32,000 nucleotides of DNA. Origin: Trichodesmium erythraeum IMS101. GTDB taxonomy: Bacteria > Cyanobacteriota > Cyanobacteriia > Cyanobacteriales > Microcoleaceae. Location: the NCBI RefSeq assembly GCF_000014265.1, contig NC_008312.1, positions 3,390,001-3,422,000 of the forward strand, given 5' to 3'. This document shows, one piece after another, positions 17,336-27,554 of this stretch; positions within the stretch are counted from its first letter, which is position 1, and the number at the start of each line of letters is the position of its first letter. Under the pieces are notes generated by a model. The model did not search any database. It was not told the DNA's origin and saw nothing but the letters and a program-made list of their open reading frames with translations. Position numbers and translations under genes: made by a program.

Positions 17336-18871
17336 ATGAAAATTAAAAAGTTAATTTTAAGTATTCTGACTATTGTAGCGATCGCTTATATTAGTTTTTC
17401 TTTAATTAGTAGTGTAACTCAGCCACAAATTCAAAGTCGTCTGGAGTTATATCAGACAAATTTATTGTTGCAGGCTGGGGAATGGAAACCTCAAGATTTA
17501 GATAGTAAAAATTTTTATTTAGCTAGTAAAACTTTGATTGGTAATGACTCTAAGCAAATTGGATTAATACAATACAAAAATGCTCGTGATTCGGCTCAAA
17601 AGCAATTGGAAAAACAAGAAAAAGATTTACAAATTTTATCTTTAGAGGAAGGAATAACAGCACAAAGTAAAAAGTTAAATGATGATATTAATCAGTTAAA
17701 AAAGTTAATTAATGAATTTGATCTTAATATTGGTATTTTGCAAATAGAAAAAAATCAAATAAATACAGCTCAGCAAAGTTGGCAAAATTTAACTGAGTCA
17801 GAAACTGCAAATAAACCTTTAGGAAAAACGGCAAAAGTTTTAGCAGAAATCTGGAGTACACCAGCCAAAATTTTACCTAATGCAGAATATTTAATCGAAC
17901 AAAATTTAGATGGATGGTTTCGTTATAGTGCTTTTAAAAAACTATATAAATTACAGGAAAGAGAAGAAGATTTAGCTCAACTGCAAAAACAGGAACAAGA
18001 GATAGCAGAACAAGCAGTATTAAAGTTAGCTATTATTGCCGGTGTGCCGGGAATAGGATTAACATTTGGAGTAGGATTACTAATATTTTTAGGAGTGCAA
18101 TGGTTAATTTTAGGAAAGGAATCTTTATTGTTAAAAAATGCTGATTTACCTTGGGAAGTCAATTGGAATGGTGAAACAATTTTACAAGTATTTGTTGTCG
18201 GTTTTTTCTTGGTCGGGCAAATTATTGTTCCTTTTGGATTAGAGGTTTTTAAAAGTTTCACAAATTTGCAACCTGCAATGATGGGAGTGCGAGTACAAGC
18301 AGGGTATATTCTTAGTGCTTATATTTTGTTTTCTCTAGGTGGTTTATTAGTATTGTATTTATCATTAAAGTCGTTTTTTCCCTTACCGAAAGGTTGGTTT
18401 AAATTTGATTTACGTGGTGGTTGGTTTTTCTGGGGTTTAGGTGGTTATTTTTTAGCTTTACCAATGGTCATTTTAATATCTCTAATTAATCAACAATTAT
18501 GGCAAGGTCAAGGTGGTAGTAATCCCATTTTACCTATTGCTTTAAACGGGCAAGATGGTTTAGCTTTAGGTCTATTTTTTGTTACTGCTTCTATTGCAGC
18601 ACCAGTTTTTGAGGAAGTTATGTTTCGCGGATTTTTGTTACCTTCTTTGACAAAATATATGCCTATTTGGGGAGCAATTATTGTCAGTGGTTTTTTATTT
18701 GCGATCGCACATTTGAATATTTCTGAAGTCTTACCTTTGGCAGTTTTGGGAATAATTTTAGGAGCAGTTTATACCAGGTCTCGTAATCTTTTGTCTTCTA
18801 TATTGTTACATAGTTTATGGAATAGTGGAACCTTGTTAAGTTTGTTTATTTTGGGAAGTGGAAATTCCTAA
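17336..18871 (+). CDS. CPBP-family (CAAX/Abi) intramembrane metalloprotease with a long N-terminal coiled-coil/TM extension
   Basis: C-terminal motifs EEVMFRGFL, FAIAHL and HSLWN lie in a multi-TM region. The ORF caller's start at 17234 is a TTG; the in-frame ATG at 17336 (MKIKKLILSILTIVAIAY) is the more likely start. Confidence 0.85.
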   Translation: MKIKKLILSILTIVAIAYISFSLISSVTQPQIQSRLELYQTNLLLQAGEWKPQDLDSKNFYLASKTLIGNDSKQIGLIQYKNARDSAQKQLEKQEKDLQILSLEEGITAQSKKLNDDINQLKKLINEFDLNIGILQIEKNQINTAQQSWQNLTESETANKPLGKTAKVLAEIWSTPAKILPNAEYLIEQNLDGWFRYSAFKKLYKLQEREEDLAQLQKQEQEIAEQAVLKLAIIAGVPGIGLTFGVGLLIFLGVQWLILGKESLLLKNADLPWEVNWNGETILQVFVVGFFLVGQIIVPFGLEVFKSFTNLQPAMMGVRVQAGYILSAYILFSLGGLLVLYLSLKSFFPLPKGWFKFDLRGGWFFWGLGGYFLALPMVILISLINQQLWQGQGGSNPILPIALNGQDGLALGLFFVTASIAAPVFEEVMFRGFLLPSLTKYMPIWGAIIVSGFLFAIAHLNISEVLPLAVLGIILGAVYTRSRNLLSSILLHSLWNSGTLLSLFILGSGNS

Positions 18872-19176
18872 TATTTATCAAGAATATAGCCGGACCCAAA
18901 AATATCAAAAACAGGCAAGATAGGAGCAAGAGAGCAAAATATTGCCACTGTTCCCTTGACCAAAATAATTATAATAATGGGATTTAGCCATAACCAACAT
19001 ATATATTAAGAATTTTCATTTTTTCAGCACTCAAAACTTAATATAAATAAAGTATGATTTAATACTTTGGGTAAGTCCTGAATAAATCTATCAATGGTAA
19101 TTTCTGCTCTAAAGGCAATGAATTACAGCACTTTTAGGACTCACCCTCTTTCTTAACTTATCCAAAGTCAAAAATT

Positions 19177-20082
19177 ATGCAACAATGGGTTACTAATTTT
19201 CAAGGAGAACTAGCTGCCTTAAGTGGTGCATTTTTGTGGGCAGTATCTTCAGCAGCTTATAGCTTACTTGGTCAAAAAATATCTGCCTTAAAATTAAATT
19301 TATTCAAAGGTTTAATAGCGATCGCTCTGATTTTTCTAACTTTAATTATTAGTGGCAAACTTCAGACAGAACTAAACTTATTTACAATAAATTTACTTTT
19401 AATAAGCGGTATTATTGGCATTGGTTTAGGAGATACTGCATTTTTTTATGCCCTCAAAAATATGGGTGCAAGAAGAACTCTTTTAGTGGGAACTTTGTCT
19501 CCCCCAATAACCGCTTTACTAAGTTTAATTTTTTTAGAAGAACAATTAACCTTTGGTGCTTGGTGCGGAATTTTTATTACAGGAATAGGTGTAGCTTGGG
19601 TAATTTCAGAAAGAACTCCTGGTGTAGTAATTAGTAATATTAATATCAAACAAGGAATAGTTTGGGCAATATTAGCAGCAATAGCTAATTCTACTGGTAT
19701 AATTCTTTCCCGTTTTGCTTTACTTTTCTCAGAGATTATTCCTTTATGGAGCACTTTATTCAGATTAATAGGAGGCATAATTATTGTTGTCTTTTTGTTA
19801 CTTCTCCAGAGAACCAGACAGGAAAAATCAGAAAAAATTAATTGGTCAATAAAACTTAGAATAGACATTTTTATTGTAACTTTTGGTGGTACTTATTTAG
19901 GTATTTGGTTACAACAAACTTCTCTCAAATATGCTTCCGCAGGTATCGCCCAAACTCTTTTAGCTACAAGTCCAATATTTATCATTCCTATTGCTGTTAA
20001 AATGGGAGAAAAAATAAGTATTAGGTCAATTTTTGGAGTCTTAGTAGCAGTAATAGGAATTAGCTTTTTATTTACTTTTTAG
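19177..20082 (+). CDS. EamA/DMT-superfamily transporter
   Basis: 301 aa with about 10 TM segments arranged as two EamA-like halves. GDTAFFYALKNMGARRTLLVGTLSPPITALLS is typical of the family. Confidence 0.8.
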   Translation: MQQWVTNFQGELAALSGAFLWAVSSAAYSLLGQKISALKLNLFKGLIAIALIFLTLIISGKLQTELNLFTINLLLISGIIGIGLGDTAFFYALKNMGARRTLLVGTLSPPITALLSLIFLEEQLTFGAWCGIFITGIGVAWVISERTPGVVISNINIKQGIVWAILAAIANSTGIILSRFALLFSEIIPLWSTLFRLIGGIIIVVFLLLLQRTRQEKSEKINWSIKLRIDIFIVTFGGTYLGIWLQQTSLKYASAGIAQTLLATSPIFIIPIAVKMGEKISIRSIFGVLVAVIGISFLFTF

Positions 20083-20363
20083 TAACAAATTGAGATAGAA
20101 TATTAGTATGATAAATATTACCTATAAGAACCAAAAAAAAACTTGATTTTACCATATTTTTGAACCGATGTATCCCTTACTTCTAAATCCAAAATCATAG
20201 TATCAAGACTAACCCATAACCACCATAATATAGTAGGATTTTTCATACTTTAAATGTCAAATAATTTTCTGAAATTACTGGGGCCGTCAAAGTTGTAAGC
20301 TGATAAAATCTTAATGCACGACTTCCGTTAAGCTTACAGCAGTTTTCATGCCACCATATCACA

Positions 20364-20392
20364 GTAGGGACGTTACATAAAAGCGTCCCTAC
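20364..20392. repeat. Short hairpin repeat (9-bp stem) of the dispersed cyanobacterial type
   Basis: gtagggacg (20364-20372) pairs with cgtccctac (20384-20392) across an 11-nt loop. Confidence 0.6.
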
Positions 20393-20665
20393 AAGATTGT
20401 AGTTATAGCGATGCAGTTCATCAATTTGAAAAGCCTTGTAACGAGACATTGACGTTCTTCAATTAAGTTAGTAATCTGCTTATTTCCTTTCTATATATAA
20501 CTTTTACAGGACTTATCCATGACTTCTAGATAATACCCTATCTGTAGAGGGCAAATGCAATTCATTCCCTATTTGTAGAGAGTTAATGATCATTAAAACC
20601 TACTAGATGTGGCGGTTCTGGGTAAGTCGGTTTCAACTAGCTGATAACCCCGTCAGAGCATTATC

Positions 20666-21400
20666 TCATGCCTTACACATTTTCTGATACTCCCGCTGAA
20701 TTCCTTGTAAAATATGTTCCATCGTTACCGCACTATCAGCTTCGGCAGCTAGGCAAGCAGCAGCTAAGGCAATATTTTGAATATTCCCATCACTGTGAAA
20801 ACAAGCTTCACGAAATAATAATTTGAGCAGTTAGTCAAAATCTTGCTTAATTGCTAAAGCTTGAGCTAAGTCGGTAATTAATAACTACCTGTTAAGTTGA
20901 GCTGCAAGAGCGATCGCTCCACAGCGTTTCTCAGGAAGGTGCAAGCTAGAGAAATAGATAAGTAGATACTGGTGTATATTTTGAGCTTGGGTGATTAATT
21001 TAGGAAGTATCTGCTTGATTTCATCCCGAATGGGAAATTTTTCCTCAATAGCAGGATGAGTTAATAATTTATACCATAATATAATCCTAAGCTGTTTTCA
21101 AGTCCCTTTTGGTTTAAGAGAAAATGGATCATCTGGTCGTCTAGTTTCAAATAATAGGATAATATTGGTGGCTTAACCTGATGATGTTCAGGAATTAAGA
21201 GAAGTAAGCCGTATTTGATTAAGAGTACATCAGGAGCAAAATTGATTCGTTGCAGCAGTTTCGCTTCAGGAGAGGGACAGAGTCAGTTTAGAGCTAAATC
21301 AACACTGGACCCCTTGGAAGTGAAATCATCCTGAAGATAAGCGTATAAGCGATCGTAACGCAAATCAATTTCTGGAGCTAGGGCAATGAGCATCAAGCAT
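20666..21400 (-). pseudogene. Decayed fragment of an AAA+ ATPase gene (N-terminal regulatory domain and extreme C-terminus; ATPase core missing)
   Basis: Minus-strand pieces spread over three frames read ..ALAPEIDLRYDRLYAYLQDD.., ..PDVLLIKYGLLLLIPEHHQ.., LTHPAIEEKFPIRDEIKQILPKLITQAQNIHQYLLIYFSSLHLPEKRCGAIALAAQL, LLFREACFHSDGNIQNI and TMEHILQGIQREYQKMCKA*. Stops and frameshifts interrupt them. Confidence 0.55.
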
Positions 21401-21559
21401 CAAAAGAAAACTCCACTATTTTACTAACTAGAGTTTTCAATTAATATGCATTAACCCAAGGGGTGGGGGAGGGAATTTAATGCTCAGTATCTTCAAATTG
21501 AGGATTAGATTTCACTTCGTTCTACAAAAGCAGACATTTTTAGGTCTGTTATGCTACTA

Positions 21560-21961
21560 CTACAATTTTTGCTGTAAATATTTGTACCAATTAACAGCTA
21601 AATCAATATCTGTAAAGGGAACTTGGATATTTTTAGAATCAGAAAAAATAAACTCCAAAACTACCTTACCCCGAGTAGGAAGATTTTCTAGATCTACTAG
21701 CTTATTATTAACTAATAATTGTAGCGATCGCACATCTGACAAAGAAAATGTCTCCAAATTTACAGGTTCCTTGCGTTTAGGTTTTCCCCAAGTTATACTT
21801 TCACCATTCTGACCCAATACCGCATAAATATCATATTTAGCTTTCTCAAAAGGTTTTGCCCAAACACGGTAAGCTTCCAACTTTTGATACTCATTCCAAC
21901 CTGCCCAACTGAGCCAAATAAACACACCCAATAAGGGCAACCATAATAAACCTCTTTCCAT
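21560..21961 (-). CDS. Hypothetical protein with an N-terminal TM anchor
   Basis: 133-aa ORF with an ATG start and a hydrophobic N-terminus (LLWLPLLGVFIWLSWAGW). Codon composition looks like that of neighbouring genes. The overlapping plus-strand ORF 21480-21812 is judged spurious. Confidence 0.6.
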   Translation of the reverse strand: MERGLLWLPLLGVFIWLSWAGWNEYQKLEAYRVWAKPFEKAKYDIYAVLGQNGESITWGKPKRKEPVNLETFSLSDVRSLQLLVNNKLVDLENLPTRGKVVLEFIFSDSKNIQVPFTDIDLAVNWYKYLQQKL

Positions 21962-22475
21962 TTTAGTTCTCAGATTTTCTACTTATAATAATAACTGAAT
22001 ATTTGAGTAAGCAATAACTTAAAGTAAAACGAAAAATTCTGTTTCCAGTCTTATTTTTACATAAAAAAAACAGATTGTAACATTATTTAATTAAATAATA
22101 ACTTTAATTGTAATTGCCTTATTGCCAGATTGAAGTTTATTCGTAGATATTATGATAGAAGTTAAACATCTTCATAAAAAATTCTCTTATCTCCTGCTTC
22201 TTTCCAAATCAGCATTTTAGAGAAGTCGATTTATGTTTTTTTTAATCTGATAAATATATTACCCAGCCATTACTGTTATATATAACTTATAACTTTGTCA
22301 TTTTCAAGACATGCTCACTATAATTAGTGCCATTGCGTAAGTCATAAATAGTTTTTTCTCAAGTATGAGCCCAACTTTTGATATGGTTTTTTACCTAGTG
22401 TCTAGTTGCAAAAGTTAATATATTTATTATACCAATTCAAGTGATAGTTTCCTTGTGAATAACTAAGATAAAAAA

Positions 22476-22800
22476 ATGCCCCATCGAGCTCTACTGGTAA
22501 ATCTGAAAGCAGAAGAAAGATCCCATCTTATATCTTTTGTCTGGGCCGATAAATCACAAGCTTAAGATGCACTTCGTGCACAAATCATACTTCTGTGCCC
22601 TCAAAGATATACTAATCAGGCAATCACCTCATTAGCTCTCAATGAATGTTTTGAGTATTAAGTATCGGGACCAAACCTTTGGTCAAAAAAAAAGCCAGTT
22701 TATCTAGTTTACTTTGGAGTGGGAAACCAAAAAAGTATCAAATACATGAAGGCATCCCATGACTCAAACTTCTAAAAACTCCTCCACCTCAAGGTTGAAA
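22476..22800 (+). pseudogene. IS630-type transposase N-terminal remnant
   Basis: Reads MPHRALLVNLKAEERSHLISFVWADKSQA*DALRAQIILLCPQRYTNQAITSLAL (an HTH-like RAxIILL..G.TNxxI pattern). A frame-shifted ..SGKPKKY.. piece follows, then decay. Confidence 0.45.
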
Positions 22801-23124
22801 TACCCGGGTTCTTGAAATATAGGAGATGTTTAGGGTTTTGATTTAGCTGTTTTTAAAGTCAATAATACATCTTCATCTCCATCTTTAAACTTAATGACTT
22901 TATATGGAGAGAAAGAAAAAAAATTAGGTGTTAAAATTCATGCTTATTATCTTTTTTGGAGGAATAAAATACGTCTTAGTCAAACAATAACAGGAAAAAA
23001 TATAGTGAAATTGGATATATAAAGAGCATCTCAAATAAGATAAAAATTACTATAGCAAGTAGGATTTATAAAGTTAGAAATAGAAAGAGTAAGTCTTCAT
23101 TAATTAGGTAGTTTATTCCAGGAA

Positions 23125-23337
23125 AAAGATGATTTATAAGTAGCTGCTAATGTCTAATGGAAGTTTTTAATCATTTATTACCTATATAAAAAAATAGTAT
23201 GACAATTAATTTAACTAAAAAAATTTTTTTTTAAAGATAATTTATAAGTATCTGCTAATGTCTAATGGAAGTTTTTAATCATTTATTACCCATATAAAAA
23301 AATAGTATGACAATTAATTTAACTAAAAAAATTTTTT
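23125..23337. repeat. Two-copy tandem direct repeat, period 108 bp
   Basis: Copy 1 is 23125-23232 and copy 2 is 23233-23337. My alignment finds 3 mismatches (G/A, G/T, T/C). The repeat lies in an ORF-free, very AT-rich region. Confidence 0.9.
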
Positions 23338-24060
23338 GAGAAGATTTAAGACAAAGTTTTAATTTATATTTATGTTGAAACTTATAATAATTTTTAATAA
23401 TTATAAAAGAGATATTTGACAGAAAAAAATCATCTAAACCCTTATTGAATTGATATTAAATTTTAGATAATATGTTAGATAATTCAATGAAAATCAAGTG
23501 ATACTTTTGACTATATTATTGGCTTTAATATCCCTTAATGTAAATTATTAATACAGAAAGAATATTCTTTTAAACATTAATTAATCAAGCTATAAAACCA
23601 ATTTTTTGTAAAATATAAAATGTTTAATTTATGATTTAAACCAGCACTATTAAAGTCAAATTATAGCCATGCATTAGACGGTATCTGTAAAAAAAAGATT
23701 AAAATCAAACAACGGGAAAGTAAAACAGAGAAAATGGAACTAGTCAACCAGGTGTCAAACATTGAGTACATAACTCCCAAAGCCTATTTCACATATCTCA
23801 AGTATCGCTACTTGGGAAACGATAGCTCCCATACTACCTGTGGCCAAATCTGAAACATCCAAAGGAAGGAAAAAAACAGTGGAGTTACCAGAAATTGTTA
23901 GTATTATTTTCTGGACTGGTATTAGTAGTGTTAATTCATAGTGCCAATTGTAATTATGCTCAGAATTGTTTTACTCTAGCGCTATAGTTTTTTTGAATTT
24001 TCAAAATATCAACAAATATACTAAAATATAGCAAATACCAGTTTAAATTTATTTTCGCAA

Positions 24061-24966
24061 ATGATTACAAGTAAAACAAAATTATTAGGAGTCATTGGTT
24101 ATCCTCTTGAACATTCTCTGTCTCCTTTAATGCACAATGCTGCAATTCAAGCAATAAATGCTCAACAAGCTCAACAAAATTTAATTGATTATATATATCT
24201 ACCTTTCCCTATTAAACCAGAAAATTTAAACGCAGCTATTACGGGATTTTCTGCTATTGGCGTTCAGGGTTTTAATATTACTATCCCTCATAAACAAACA
24301 ATAATGCCACTATTATCAGAAGTTTCCGATATCGCTCAGGCGGTGGGAGCAGTTAATACTGTTTATAAAACACATTCTCATAGAACACATCAAGGATGGA
24401 CGGGGACAAATACAGATGTGGCAGGATTTCTGGCCCCACTACAAACCTATCGTTGGGATATGCATCAAAAAGTAGCAGTAATTTTAGGTAACGGTGGTGC
24501 TTCTCGTGCAGTTGTTGCGGGTTGCATTCAGTTAGGTTTTGCAGAAATTCATATTATTGGTCGGTCAATAGAAAAATTAACTGCTTTTCAGCAAAGTTGG
24601 CTTAATTCTCCTCTAGCCATAAGTTTGAAAATACATAAATGGGATAAACTGTCAAGCTTAATTTCACAGGCAGATTTGTTAGTTAACACAACTCCTATAG
24701 GAATGTACCCAAACATTCAGGAGTCTCCAGTAGATGAGAAGGTTTTTGACAAATTGTCGCCAGGGGCGATCGTCTATGACTTAATTTATATTCCTAACCC
24801 TACTAAGTTTCTTCAGCAAGCTCAGGAGAGGGGAGCGATCGCTATTGACGGTTTAGAAATGTTAGTTCAACAAGGAGCTGCTGCCTTAGAACTATGGTTA
24901 CAACAGTCTGTACCAGTGGATGTTATGCGCTATTCTTTGCATAAACATTTAGGATTAAATAAATAA
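24061..24966 (+). CDS. aroE: Shikimate 5-dehydrogenase
   Basis: Motifs seen: LLGVIGYPLEHSLSPLMHNAA, GFNITIPHKQ, GTNTDVAGF, and the NADP fold VAVILGNGGASRAV. Confidence 0.9.
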   Translation: MITSKTKLLGVIGYPLEHSLSPLMHNAAIQAINAQQAQQNLIDYIYLPFPIKPENLNAAITGFSAIGVQGFNITIPHKQTIMPLLSEVSDIAQAVGAVNTVYKTHSHRTHQGWTGTNTDVAGFLAPLQTYRWDMHQKVAVILGNGGASRAVVAGCIQLGFAEIHIIGRSIEKLTAFQQSWLNSPLAISLKIHKWDKLSSLISQADLLVNTTPIGMYPNIQESPVDEKVFDKLSPGAIVYDLIYIPNPTKFLQQAQERGAIAIDGLEMLVQQGAAALELWLQQSVPVDVMRYSLHKHLGLNK

Positions 24967-25392
24967 TTAGGACTGGTTCAAAAAAACTATAAGTGGACAT
25001 ATAAATTTCTATTTATACCAGTTTCAGAGGGGCGTAAAGTAAAAAAAACTTGATGACTTTAGACTTAGAGCAAAGAGAGATTAGTGTTTAACTGTAATTT
25101 ACCATCCCCGCCAAATGCTCTAATATTCCTGATATTTTAATCAAAACCCTTGAAATTTAATTTTTAACAAGAGACAATACACACTATAGATTTCCTGATT
25201 TTTATTATATACGCCAAACAGCTTACTGAACTCAGGTACTAGCCTCAACGCTTCTTCCACCCTAATATTTCACCCACTGCTCCAGACTTTGCTCCCCACA
25301 GTTGCTCTTGTAGGGTGCGTACATTTCATTAACTTCCCCCTTATTTTATAGTGTTTCCCGATAGCTACGAATCATGCTAAACTCTTTTTCTC

Positions 25393-25422
25393 TTGACAAA
25401 TTTCGTAATCAGGTGTTATAAT
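25393..25422 (+). promoter_or_regulatory. Consensus sigma-70-type promoter candidate with no adjacent ORF
   Basis: TTGACA (25393-25398), an 18-nt spacer, then TATAAT (25417-25422). The next ORF on this strand starts 575 nt downstream, at 26005. Confidence 0.35.
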
Positions 25423-26004
25423 AATCCGGTATAGAAAAAATTCAAATGATAGAAAGTTTACTATATAAGACTTTCAAGATATCAGGCATCAAACAAATAC
25501 CATAAAGCTAAACTATAAGGGTTTTAGCCATTTTTTTCTTAATTGCTAATAACTATAATGAGTATAGTGATATTGATATAGCACCATTGAGTAACTAGTG
25601 CGATCGCTATATCTAAGTTTATATGCGCTCTCTACTGATGGTATGAGCGGTACAATTCCTGAAAAAATTATTCAGGTTAGGTTTTTTCTCAGAGGGAAAT
25701 CAAATAATAATGCATACACATATACTAAAAATTAATATTTATAACTTTAGCATTACAGGACTATACAAAAAATGTTAAACAAACAGCCATAGTATTTAGT
25801 AAACACTTATTACCTCTAAAGAATTTTAATTTTATCAAAATCCTAACACTTTTTTATAATGCTATAATATTATATCTGAAGCAAAGCGTGATTCATATTC
25901 CTTTGAAGAAAGGCTAGCAAAATCATGTTTTTGTCCACTAATATAGCTAAGTTTTTTGATATAAGCTAAAATTATTATGCTCAGTCTAAATATTAATTAA
26001 TGAT

Positions 26005-26469
26005 ATGCGATCGCGATTCCTGCCTAATATTATTATCTCCGGCTTAATTACAATAGCTATTTGGTTGTGGAGTAGCCCTGCGTGGGCATTAATTCAACTT
26101 AAAGTTTCCGATCTAAACTATAAAGATTGCCCTACAGAAATAGGAAAAGGGGCAATTACCAGTGGTTCTAGTCTGGCAGCTAATTGTTTTATTATTAGTG
26201 GGAAAGCCAAAAATACTTCTAATAAAACTGTGTATGATGCTGATGTTTATGGCCGTATCTATGACGCTAACAACAATAACGTCATGCAAAATCGTACCAG
26301 ACTTGGAGCAATTGAAGAAGTGCCTGCACTTAGTACTACCGATTTTGAAATTAGAGTTTCAGTACCAGCAAATCTACCTACTCCCTTGAAACTTAAGCAG
26401 TTTAAATCATCTGGTTTTCCTAGTAAAGCTCGTTGGGATCAAACTATTGAAGAATTTGATGGATTTTAA
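26005..26469 (+). CDS. Hypothetical exported protein
   Basis: 154-aa ORF with an ATG start and a signal-peptide-like N-terminus (IIISGLITIAIWLWSSPAWA/L). I recognise no family motif. Confidence 0.6.
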   Translation: MRSRFLPNIIISGLITIAIWLWSSPAWALIQLKVSDLNYKDCPTEIGKGAITSGSSLAANCFIISGKAKNTSNKTVYDADVYGRIYDANNNNVMQNRTRLGAIEEVPALSTTDFEIRVSVPANLPTPLKLKQFKSSGFPSKARWDQTIEEFDGF

Positions 26470-26552
26470 TGATTAAAGGCAGATAGAATTATAGGAATAA
26501 ATACCTTTTGATCATCTGCCCCAAAGTTTTTTCTCATGAAAGATTGTAGATA

Positions 26553-26843
26553 TTAATAAACTGGCAAAATCAAGCTATTAAGTAATCCAGTTAAAAATTG
26601 AGCTCCAAATTGGAGAGCAAATATAGCAATTATTGGAGAAAAGTCAATACCTCCCAAGGGTGGAATAACAGAACGAAATACATTTAGATAAGGGTCTGTC
26701 AACTGACTCAATACAGAAAATGGTGGATCATACCAGTTAACATTAGGGAACCAACTTAACAAAATCCGAATGAACATCAGAACCAAATAGATGTTTATAA
26801 ATGTTGTTAACGTCCCGACTAATATTCCTATGGAAGCACTCAT
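26553..26843 (-). CDS. YggT/Ycf19-family membrane protein
   Basis: YLVLMFIRILLSWFPNVNWYDPPFSVLSQLTDPYLNVFRSVIPPLGGIDFSPIIA matches the YggT signature. The ORF caller's start at 26888 is a TTG; the ATG at 26843 (MSASIGILVG) is preferred. Confidence 0.8.
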   Translation of the reverse strand: MSASIGILVGTLTTFINIYLVLMFIRILLSWFPNVNWYDPPFSVLSQLTDPYLNVFRSVIPPLGGIDFSPIIAIFALQFGAQFLTGLLNSLILPVY

Positions 26844-27554
26844 AAGTATTTTTATTTTTCGTGAAACTACAAATACATAATTATACAATAGATATTAGCA
26901 TAGCTTTACCAATACTATGAGTACTAACAATTGTTAACAATTCACAGTAAGATATACCTTGCATTGGTAGTATCTCCCAATACCTAATTTAGAAAACCTG
27001 TAGACGCTTTTAAGTACTTACATCGCCTTGTTGGATCGGCGCTCACAGACAGAAGTTTAATTAGTTGGCCAGGTGATTGGGCAACAGAGAGTATTAATTC
27101 AATTCGGTTACTTAATGCTTAGTAAATTATTTCATACTACAAAAGTACCCCTAATAGTATAATTATACCACAATTAATTAAGTTTGATAACCCTAGCTAT
27201 ATCAGCATATATAAATTTATATCAATAAATATCAGCAAATCAGTAATAGTTAAATAGGTGTATTAAGCTCTGATATAGAATATGCTTGATTCGGAGTGTT
27301 ATAATAAATTTTGTTTATACTATACGAATATCAGTATGGTAAGACACTTAATACTTTCCTAAAATGGAATATATTTTATCTATACTAGAAATACTGGATT
27401 TAATATAAAGTCTATACATATAGATATATTAAAAATATCAAATAATTCAATTCAAATGATTTTTCGCTTTAGATGGCTATAAAATCAGTATATTACGAAC
27501 AATTTTATATATTCTAAAATTTAGATATTTATTAGATATTTAGTGGAAATTTCT

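Noticed and set aside
20243-20449. 68-aa minus-strand ORF (MSRYKAFQIDELHRYNYNLVGTLLCNVPT...).
   Set aside because: Its middle is the translation of the gtagggacg..cgtccctac hairpin repeat, and it has no recognisable family. It is likely a chance ORF across repeat DNA, though a decayed gene fragment cannot be excluded.
21962-24060. Considered a replication origin or CRISPR array in the AT-rich desert and the 108-bp repeat.
   Set aside because: I saw no cluster of DnaA-box-like sequences (TTATCCACA or TTTTCCACA). The repeat has only two abutting units and no spacers, and no cas genes are present.
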